In this document: positions 43,135 to 52,343 of the stretch, in pieces
Layout of the letters: each line of letters opens with the position of its first letter
Numbering within the stretch: position 1 is the stretch's first letter
NCBI GenBank assembly: GCA_965248535.1
Contig: CBDFJR010000005.1
Span: forward strand, 1 to 64,000
Direction: 5' to 3'
DNA length: 64,000 bases
Source: Phormidesmis sp.
Lineage (GTDB): Bacteria > Cyanobacteriota > Cyanobacteriia > Leptolyngbyales > Leptolyngbyaceae
The notes under the pieces: generated by a model
Told to the model about the DNA's origin: nothing
The model's database searches: none
The model's input: only the letters and a program-made list of their open reading frames with translations
Translations under genes and position numbers: made by a program

Positions 43135-43641
43135 GAACGCCTCCTAAGTTACTAGTTCTAACTAGGGATGGAAGACCTCGGAGTCTGATTTCGTAGATCA
43201 GGCTTCGGGGCACAACTCCATCACTGCGGTGTATTCTACAGGAGTTTTTTGATTTTTGGAATAGTGAGGTTTTTGGGGAAGGGAAGCGATCGTTTTTGGG
43301 GAAGGGGAAGGGGGGCGATCGTAAATTCTTCCTGATTTATGTTCCAGTCGAGCAACGGCAGGGACTCGATCGACTCAGCGCCATGACTGATTCATCGGAA
43401 CGAGACAATTTACTCGCGGCTCCCTTAGAATCGAAAAACCTGAGCGCCATTCCGTATAATTACCCGAAAGTGGAGAGTTGTCCTGTGAGAATTCAGGATG
43501 ATTTCTAAAAAAATGGGAGTTATCCGGTTTCCATACAGCATAATTTCTCTGAGAGAGGCATTTATCCTGTTTGATAGGAGTTCAAACGGCAGAAATAGTA
43601 GTTAGGTAGCCAGTAAACACTCAAGTAGCGAGGTCATAAGT

Positions 43642-44202
43642 ATGAAGCGTCGTCATTTTATACAGCTTGGCGGTCTGTCAACTATTGGGGCAGCAGTTCC
43701 TCTCGTGTTTGAAAGTTTCGGAAGCAGAACATTGCAAGCTGTTGCTGCTGTGCCAAAACACCGAGATATTGTTGCTCTAGAGTGCATGGGAAATATTCAA
43801 GGTTCCAGATGGCTAGATGGAAGAACTGGAAATGGTACAGTTGGGCTTGCTCCTCGGAGAGACGGAGCTTTTACAGGTACACGTTGGCAAGTTTTTGAGG
43901 TGGATTCTGGCATTTACGCATTGAAGTATTTGGGAAATGTTAATGGTTCCCGGTGGCTAGATGGTCGTACCGGAAACGGTACGGTTGGACTTGCACCTAG
44001 AACGGATAAACAATTCTCAGGGACAAGGTGGCAGATTTTTGAGATTAGCTCAGGTATCCTCGCATTCAAGTGCCTGGGGGATGTGGAAGGTTCTCGATGG
44101 TTGGACGGTCGTACCGGCAATGCCACAGTTGGACTTGCGCCAAATACTCCAACACCTGATGGTGGTTTTAGCGGCGCAACTTGGCGGCTCTACAGTGCTT
44201 GA
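43642..44202 (+). CDS. Tat-secreted protein with three ~48-aa repeats (beta-trefoil-like)
   Basis: MKRRHF twin-Arg signal; GSRWLDGRTGN(G/A)TVGLAP x3. Confidence 0.8.
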   Translation: MKRRHFIQLGGLSTIGAAVPLVFESFGSRTLQAVAAVPKHRDIVALECMGNIQGSRWLDGRTGNGTVGLAPRRDGAFTGTRWQVFEVDSGIYALKYLGNVNGSRWLDGRTGNGTVGLAPRTDKQFSGTRWQIFEISSGILAFKCLGDVEGSRWLDGRTGNATVGLAPNTPTPDGGFSGATWRLYSA

Positions 44203-44300
44203 AACCCTACGAAGCTGGAGTGAGAAGCAATCCAGGGCAGGCTGGTAGCGGCTTCTCACACCTTATAATATTGTTGTAAGCCTTTGTAGGGTTTCGGATT

Positions 44301-44516
44301 ATGCTGGCACATCGTATCGAAACGATCATTAATCAGGACAAAACGTTAACATTAGAAAATTTACCATTTCATTCTGGCGAACAAGTTGAGGTAATCATTT
44401 TGTCTCGCCCACGGAGAGAATTTGGACAAAACCGCTATCCTCTTCGTGGAACCACGATTCAATATGTTGATCCTACTGAACCTGTGGCGCAAGATGACTG
44501 GGAAGTTACACGATGA
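44301..44516 (+). CDS. Putative antitoxin
   Basis: 71 aa, LPF..GEQVEVII, EPVAQDDW; ATGA overlap with the PIN gene. Confidence 0.75.
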   Translation: MLAHRIETIINQDKTLTLENLPFHSGEQVEVIILSRPRREFGQNRYPLRGTTIQYVDPTEPVAQDDWEVTR

Positions 44517-44905
44517 TTGTACTCGATACTCGCATATGGATTTGGTGGGTGCATGGAGATGGAAAGCTTACCCGTGAATACTATGAGTACATTCAAGAAC
44601 AAGAATCACAGGGATTGGGAATCAGTGCAATTTCTTGCTGGGAAGTTGCCAAATTAGTTGAATATGGTCGGCTGACCTTGCCCAGATCTGTAGATAAATG
44701 GTTGGATGAAGCTTTGGCTTATCCAGGTATAAATTTTCTGGAGCTAACGCCACGCATTTGCGTAGAATCAACTCAATTACCGGGGGCTTTTCATCGAGAT
44801 CCTGCTGATCAAATCATCGTCGCAACAGCCAGAGTTCACAATTGCCCAATTGTTACAGTGGACAGGAAAATTCGAGAGTATTCATATGTTGAAACTCAGC
44901 CATAA
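44513..44905 (+). CDS. vapC: VapC/PIN-domain toxin
   Basis: MIVLDT, SAISCWE, HRDPADQIIVATA, VTVD. Confidence 0.92.
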   Translation: MIVLDTRIWIWWVHGDGKLTREYYEYIQEQESQGLGISAISCWEVAKLVEYGRLTLPRSVDKWLDEALAYPGINFLELTPRICVESTQLPGAFHRDPADQIIVATARVHNCPIVTVDRKIREYSYVETQP

Positions 44906-44908
44906 GCT

Positions 44909-45692
44909 ACCTAATCGGGTAACCAGGGGATTTTCTCCCCCAGTCCCCACGGCACCCCGCGTGCGGCTCCGCACGGGGCGCGTCCCCAGAAAAGTTTTAG
45001 ACAAGCCAGTTCAATAGAACTGAATATCCAGGGCTGGTTGTGCAGTTAAGCGCCGACAAAATAGCTCCCCCGTTCGGGTTCATCGCCCAGTCGAGCTTTG
45101 CAACTCCTCCCTGCTTTCTAAGGTTCAGCCCTTCACCCTGTCTCACCCATTACGGTGAGTGTTTGGCTACTATGACCTCTGCTGACTTCTGCTCAATCAT
45201 GAGTCCTGTTGCCATGACTCACGCTGCCTGAATGTCCTTAGGGTTCCGTGGCTCCCTAGCCGTTTCCCGCTAGACCTCAATCAGACTCCCGTAGACCCTC
45301 AGACCGCCCTTTGAGCAGATCTCCCCAGATAAGAACGTGAACTGTCTCTGCACAACTGCGTCATTTACTGTGTTCCCTGAACCAAAAGGCTTCATGATGT
45401 TGTGCTCACTTGCCACAGGAATCTCAGCCTTCTATGACGTTTCTGTCCGTCAGCTCGCAGATTTGCCGCTGGCTTCCTTCAGACCCTTCCTCGCGGAAAC
45501 GCCCTTACCTTAAGCTAGTCGTTGTCGTCACTCGGATCTTTTGGGATCATTTGGACGTTGGTTCTCCGACAGGGGACTTTCACCCCATTAGTTCACACCC
45601 ATGCTGGGCGTACACAACACAGTGGAGCGGACGGTATAAATCTCTTGCTTCGTTTCGGTGATATCTGCCACCGCTGAACAGGGTCGTTATGC
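44909..45692 (+). other. Integron attC site (84 bp once the intron is removed)
   Basis: Rejoined ACCTA|AC fits RYYYAAC 3 nt after the vapC stop; inner AGCGG..CCGCT arms; ends GTTATGC at 45686-45692. Confidence 0.72.
44914..45613 (-). mobile_element. ORF-less group IIC (attC-targeting type) intron, 700 nt
   Basis: Minus strand: 5' GTACGCCCAGCATGGGT..GGGGTGAAAGTCCCC; D3-like GAAGTCAGCAGAGGTCATAGTAG..GAAGGGCTGAAC; short D5 ACGCGCCCCGTGCGGAGCCGCACGCGGGGTGCCGT; D6 ending ACCCGAT; flanks TTGT/T. Confidence 0.88.
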
Positions 45693-45881
45693 CGCTGAAC
45701 TATGCTTCTTAAAGAGCCAATGGAAAGAAGAAACATAGATGATTTAGATAAAGAGCTTAAACAGCTTATCTCATTCACTACAGACGGTCACTTTGTTCTG
45801 ACTACTTAAAATTGTGAATTTTAATACATCAATCCATTCGTCATTGCTGTAGACCAAGCATAGCGTTTATTTTGAGCCTCT

Positions 45882-47240
45882 ATGTCTACCTTGTTGGTCA
45901 AGAATATTCATACTCTAGTCACGATGGATGCAGCCCGACGGGAAATCCACAATGCGGCTCTGTTAATCCGAGACAACGGGATTGAGCAGGTTGGAACAAC
46001 ACCAGAGTTGCCTCAAACCGCAGATGAAGTTCTAGATCTACAAGGTCGGTATGTTGTGCTTCCCGGTCTTGTGAATACTCATCACCATTTTTACCAAACT
46101 CTGACTCGTGTCATTCCTGCGGCTCAAAACTGCGATTTATTTAATTGGTTGCAAACGCTCTACCCAATTTGGGCAAATCTCACGCCAGAATCCGTTTATA
46201 TCAGTGCTCAAATGGCGGCGGCCGAGTTGATGTTGTCGGGCTGCACGACGGCAAGCGATCATCTCTACATCTATCCCAACGGCAGCACTCTGGATGATGA
46301 AATTCGAGCTATTCAGGCAATTGGGCTACGGTTTCATGCCAGTCGAGGCAGCATGAGTGTGGGGCAGAGTCAGGGAGGTCTCCCTCCCGATGCTGTGGTT
46401 GAAAAGGAAGCCGATATTTTGAAGGATAGTCAACGGTTGATTGAGCAATATCATGACAATAGTCGTCATGCGATGCTGCGAATCACGCTGGCACCCTGTT
46501 CACCGTTTTCAGTGTCTCAAGATCTGATGCGAGAATCGGCGGCCCTTGCGCGATCGTATCCCGGCATCAGACTGCATACTCATCTCGCAGAAAATAAGTC
46601 AGATATTGACTATAGTTTGGCGACCTTTGGCATGACACCCGGCGACTATGCAGAATCGGTGGGCTGGCTAGGGGAAGATGTCTGGCACGCCCATTGTGTT
46701 CAACTCGACGATCGCGCCATTCAGAAGTTTGGCAAAACTGGCACCGGGGTGGCGCATTGTCCCTGTAGCAATATGCGGCTTGCCAGCGGCATGGCCCCCA
46801 TTCGCAAAATGCTCGATCATCAAGTTCCCGTGGGCTTAGGAGTCGATGGATCGGCATCAAATGATGGCTCAAATTTGTTAAATGAAGCCCGGACTGCTTT
46901 TCTGATGGCACGGGTTCGCGAACTGAATGCCGCCGCGATGACCGCACGCGAGGTTCTGGAGTTGGCAACCCTCGGCGGAGCAAGAGTGTTAGGACGAGAT
47001 GATATTGGGTCTCTAGCGCCGGGTATGTCAGCAGATTTGATCGCGATCGACCTCGATCGTCCTGAGTTTGCAGGTGCTCAACATGACCCGATCGCAGCCA
47101 TAATTTTCTGTCAGGTCAATGCGGTAGATTACAGCTTTATCAATGGTCAAAAAGTGGTTGATCAGGGTCGATTAACCACGATCGAACTGCCAACATTGGT
47201 TGAAAAACACAATCGTTTGGCGCATCAACTCATTGGTTAG
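45882..47240 (+). CDS. 8-oxoguanine deaminase-like amidohydrolase
   Basis: PGLVNTHHH, APCSPFS, HTHLAE, HCPCSNMRLASG, GVDGSASND. Confidence 0.9.
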   Translation: MSTLLVKNIHTLVTMDAARREIHNAALLIRDNGIEQVGTTPELPQTADEVLDLQGRYVVLPGLVNTHHHFYQTLTRVIPAAQNCDLFNWLQTLYPIWANLTPESVYISAQMAAAELMLSGCTTASDHLYIYPNGSTLDDEIRAIQAIGLRFHASRGSMSVGQSQGGLPPDAVVEKEADILKDSQRLIEQYHDNSRHAMLRITLAPCSPFSVSQDLMRESAALARSYPGIRLHTHLAENKSDIDYSLATFGMTPGDYAESVGWLGEDVWHAHCVQLDDRAIQKFGKTGTGVAHCPCSNMRLASGMAPIRKMLDHQVPVGLGVDGSASNDGSNLLNEARTAFLMARVRELNAAAMTAREVLELATLGGARVLGRDDIGSLAPGMSADLIAIDLDRPEFAGAQHDPIAAIIFCQVNAVDYSFINGQKVVDQGRLTTIELPTLVEKHNRLAHQLIG

Positions 47241-47367
47241 TCAACAACCTCACCCCTAAGCGGATGGAGATTCATCCCTTTCAGTCTGTGGCTCTGATGA
47301 TTTGTTGGCAGCCGGGCACTTCATTTTTGTACGATGTCCTTAGCTTTTTGTTGTGGATATTTGTTCA

Positions 47368-49201
47368 ATGCAAAGTCTTGAGACTGATGTGCTGGTGGTG
47401 GGTGGCGGCACGGGCGGCACGGCGGCCGCGATTCAAGCGGCGCGGCGCGGAGCCAATACAATTCTAGTCAGCGAGTTTTGTTGGCTCGGCGGAATGTTGA
47501 CTAGTGCCGGAGTAGCTGCCCCCGATGGCAACGAGCTAGCCGCCTTTCAAACCGGGATTTGGGGTGCCTTTCTCAAAGAGTTGCAGCAGCGTCAGCCCGA
47601 AGGGTTAGACCATGCTTGGGTGAGTTTTTTCACCTACGATCCACGGGTTGGGTCAGCGATTTTTGCCGATTGGGTGGCTGACCTGCCTAATCTGACTTGG
47701 ATTCAAAACCAAGCGCCCTTGGAGGTTTTAAAGCAGGACGATCGCGTCATCTGGCGTTCGCTTTGCAGATTACACGATCGCTGCTCAGATCACGATCGAC
47801 GGCACGGAGTTAGGAGATTTGCTCGCCTTGGGCGATATTCCCCATCGCTGGGGCTGGGAGTTGCAGTCTGAGTGGGGGGAACCGAGTGCGCCGATCGTGC
47901 CCAATCTGCTCACCCAAACCTACCCGGTGCAAGCGCCAACGTGGGTGGTCGTGCTGCGAGATTGGGGCGAAACTGGACTGGCTCCAGAGATTGCGGCACC
48001 GCCTGACTACAACCCATCAAAATTCGTTCAAGCTTGGGCCGATTACGGAACTGAGAAGTTTTTGAACTATGGACGCTTGCCTGGAGACCGCTTCATGATC
48101 AATTGGCCGATCGCAGGCAACGATTATGGAGAAGGCGTTGAGCGACTGATCGGCTCGGCGGAGGAGCGATCGCAGTTCTTGCAAGCAGCGCTCTGGCATA
48201 CTCAAGGCTTTGCCCACTATATTCAAACCCAGTTGGGGCGGCGGTTTGGTCTAGCAGAGGAGGTTTTTCCGATTCCAACGCCAAACACTTTGGGGGGCGG
48301 TGCCTATGCGCTTCACCCTTATTATCGCGAGAGCCGAAGACTAAAAGGGCTAGTCACGGTGAGAGAGCAAGATCTGCTGCCGCAGGGACAGGTTGCCCCG
48401 CTGCCGATCAAAACCACGGCTCAAGGCTGTGAGATTGCTGAGACTATCTGCCAGTCGATCGCGATCGGCAACTACGCCAACGATCATCATTACCCCAGTG
48501 GCGACATTTTGCTAAAGCCAAAATCAATGCGCTGGGGCGGACGTTGGACAGGCACTCCCTTCACGATTCCCTACGGCGCTCTGGTGCCAGAAGTCACTGA
48601 CGGATTTTTGGTCTGTGAGAAAAATATCTCAGTGACTCACCTGGCGAATGGGGCGACTCGCCTTCAACCTGTGGTTTTAGGAATTGGGCAAGCCGCAGGA
48701 CTGGCAGCCGCTCTGTGCATCGAACAACAGTGTCAACCAAGAGACTTGTCGGTGCGATCGCTGCAAAACGCCCTTTTAGAAGACACGATCGCGCCTGCTG
48801 CCGTGATTCCGCTGTTAAACCAGACGCTTGATGATCCTGACTGGCTCCATTGGCAGCATTATTATTTAGATTTTCTAGAGGCTTATCCCGCTGGTGGATG
48901 TGCTCCGGTGCCTGCTTCGCGGTCTTGTGCGCCTCAGAGTCAATCGAATGTTTCTGGCATTTTTGAGCGCCACGGTGAACAAGACTATGCGATCGTCCTT
49001 GACCCGCTGCCCGACTCCAAGCCGATCCCAAAAACTTGGGCGCTGGTGACGCTGGCTCCAGAAGTCGATGTCCAGCTAAAGCAGTATAAATCAGGAGACA
49101 GGATCTCTATTGTTGGTAAAATAAATCACAGTGGAAGCTGGATCTTAGTAGAGTCAATCGCCTTCTACGAGATATTACGTAAGGACTGCCGCGCTTCCTA
49201 A
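47368..49201 (+). CDS. FAD-dependent oxidoreductase; +1 frameshift near 47751
   Basis: VLVVGGGTGG; the second frame carries IDGTELGD, YYRESRRL, ATRLQP. Confidence 0.88.
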
Positions 49202-49311
49202 AAAGCTCCATACGTAGAATTACTAGATCTGAAAAAACTACGTTACTTCGTCCTGATCAAGTGATAGAGAGTCTGTATCAGTGAGCAGATACATCGAAAC
49301 AGACTCAATTT

Positions 49312-49539
49312 ATGCGTGCTCAAACCTCTGTCACTCTGATCAGCTTGCTCATCGGTTCTCTAACGATCGGTCTTCACTCAACTGAGTCTTTGCCTGGGTT
49401 GAAGCAGGTTATCCAATCGTCTCTGTTGACTCCCTCAGACTCGCCAAGTTCCTACTTAGCTCATCGGGGCAGTGGACGAATTGAAGGCCCATTCGTTTCT
49501 ATGTCCATTTCTACGTCTATGGTGCAAGACTTAGCTTGA
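49312..49539 (+). CDS. patX: PatX, RGSGR-containing HetR-inhibitor precursor
   Basis: Hydrophobic N-terminal signal, YLAHRGSGR; directly upstream of hetR. Confidence 0.88.
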   Translation: MRAQTSVTLISLLIGSLTIGLHSTESLPGLKQVIQSSLLTPSDSPSSYLAHRGSGRIEGPFVSMSISTSMVQDLA

Positions 49540-49847
49540 TTAAGCGTTCACTGATTTCCTCAAGGTTTCCTGATCCTTCTCGACATAGTTTAGTCAGCAC
49601 AAAATGGAGGCTCTTTCGATTAAAGATTGCTTCCATTTTTGTGTTTAGATTTTTTGCCGATCTTTGTATACTGAGTGGGAACAGTTAAGAGAGAATACTT
49701 AATAACATCAATTATGAATAAAATTAAAAATGCACTGCTTAAATGATTTAGTATTTCTGTCTCTAACTCCTCTCTGATGAATCACCTGACTTTAGAAATC
49801 AATCTCTCTACGATCGCTAGCGTTCCCGTAGATTCACAGAAGTTTGA

Positions 49848-50774
<927 letters not shown>

Positions 50775-50780
50775 GCGACT

Positions 50781-52265
50781 CTAGGGCAGGTCAGTGTGGC
50801 CCATGAGATAGCGATCGCACTCACGAGCCGCCCCGCGACCCTCGTTAAACGCCCAGACAACAAGGCTTTGACCGCGCCGACAGTCTCCGGCTGCAAACAC
50901 GCTAGGAATGCTGGTGATGTATTTTTCGTGATCGGCTTTGACGTTGCTGCGGGCATCGCGATCGACTCCTAGCGCGTCTAAAAGGGGTTGCTCAGGCCCC
51001 AAAAAGCCCATGGCTAACAGGACAAGCTGCGCGGGCAAAACTTTCTCGGTGCCGGGAATGTGCTGCGGGATGAACTGTCCCTTCTCATTTTTCCCCCACT
51101 TCACCTCGACGGTGTGGACGGCTTTAACTTGTCCATTTTCGTCACCCTCGAAGTGGGTTGCAGTCGTGAGATAGCCACGGGGATCATCGCCAAACTTGGC
51201 GGCCGCCTCTTCTTGCCCATAGTCGAGGCGATAGACTTTGGGCCACTCAGGCCAGGGGTTATCGGGTGTTCGCTCTTGGGGTGGTTGGGGCAAAATTTCG
51301 AGTTGTACTAGGCTCTTGCAGCCGTGACGAAGGGAGGTGCCCACGCAGTCGGTTCCGGTGTCGCCACCGCCGATAATCACGACATCTTTGCCTTCAGCAG
51401 AAATAAAGGTGCCGTTGCTGCTTTGGTCTAAAACGGCTTTGGTGTTGGCGGTGAGAAAATCCATTGCGAAGTGGATGCCCTTGAGATCACGACCTGCGAT
51501 CGCTAAGTCACGCGGCTTGGTTGCCCCGACGCAAAGCACGACAGAATCAAAGTCTTTGAGCAGCATTTCGACGGGCAAATCTTTGCCGATCTCGGTGTTG
51601 CAGATAAACGTGATGCCTTCGTCTTCAAGAACTTTGATGCGGCGCAGCACGACTTCTTCTTTCTCAAGCTTCATGTTGGGGATGCCATACATCAGCAGCC
51701 CGCCGGGACGATCGGCGCGTTCATAAACTGTGACCCAGTGACCCGACTTGTTTAGCTGGGCTGCGGCAGAGAGTCCGGCGGGCCCTGAGCCGATGATGGC
51801 GACTTTTTTGCCTGTGCGTTTGGTGGGCGGTTCGGGTTTGATCCAGCCTTCGTGCCAGCCTTTATCGACGATCGAGCATTCGATATTTTTAATCGTGACG
51901 GGCGGGTTGTTGATGCCGAGGACGCACGAGCCTTCGCAAGGAGCGGGACAGACCCGACCTGTGAATTCAGGAAAGTTGTTGGTTTTGTGGAGGCGATCGA
52001 GGGCCTCGTGCCACAGTCCGCGATAGACCAGATCGTTAAATTCAGGAATCAGATTATTCACAGGGCAGCCGCTTGCCATGCCGCTAATCAGCGTGCCGCT
52101 GTGACAAAACGGGATGCCGCAATCCATGCAGCGTGCGCCTTGAGTGCGGAGTTTGTCTTCTGGCATAGGCTGGTGAATGTCGTTCCAGTCTTGGATGCGA
52201 TCGAGGGGCGATCGGTCAGAGGGCAACTCGCGAAGAAATTCGATAAAGCCGGTTGGTTTTCCCAT
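50781..52265 (-). CDS. gltD: NADH-glutamate synthase small subunit
   Basis: [33 protein letters not shown]. Confidence 0.97.
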   Translation of the reverse strand: MGKPTGFIEFLRELPSDRSPLDRIQDWNDIHQPMPEDKLRTQGARCMDCGIPFCHSGTLISGMASGCPVNNLIPEFNDLVYRGLWHEALDRLHKTNNFPEFTGRVCPAPCEGSCVLGINNPPVTIKNIECSIVDKGWHEGWIKPEPPTKRTGKKVAIIGSGPAGLSAAAQLNKSGHWVTVYERADRPGGLLMYGIPNMKLEKEEVVLRRIKVLEDEGITFICNTEIGKDLPVEMLLKDFDSVVLCVGATKPRDLAIAGRDLKGIHFAMDFLTANTKAVLDQSSNGTFISAEGKDVVIIGGGDTGTDCVGTSLRHGCKSLVQLEILPQPPQERTPDNPWPEWPKVYRLDYGQEEAAAKFGDDPRGYLTTATHFEGDENGQVKAVHTVEVKWGKNEKGQFIPQHIPGTEKVLPAQLVLLAMGFLGPEQPLLDALGVDRDARSNVKADHEKYITSIPSVFAAGDCRRGQSLVVWAFNEGRGAARECDRYLMGHTDLP

Positions 52266-52298
52266 GATGGTGTCTTAAAAGTGGCGGTGATTAAGGGA

Positions 52299-52324
52299 GT
52301 AGGGGCAGGTGATTAGTGCCCTAC
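52299..52324. repeat. Single GTAG-type REP-like palindrome between gltB and gltD
   Basis: GTAGGGGCA..TGCCCTAC. Confidence 0.5.
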
Positions 52325-52343
52325 AAAGTATGGATGCGAAGGA

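Noticed and set aside
43167..43226. Fluoride riboswitch (GATGGAGTT on the minus strand)
   Set aside because: Lacks the rest of the consensus and there is no fluoride-related gene downstream
43268..43322. TTTTTGGGGAAGGG..GCGATCG doublet and ORF 43296-43508
   Set aside because: Low-complexity short repeat; the ORF has a TTG start inside it and no recognisable features
45040..45661. ORFs 45040-45231 and 45410-45661 as genes
   Set aside because: They are antisense readings of group II intron RNA domains
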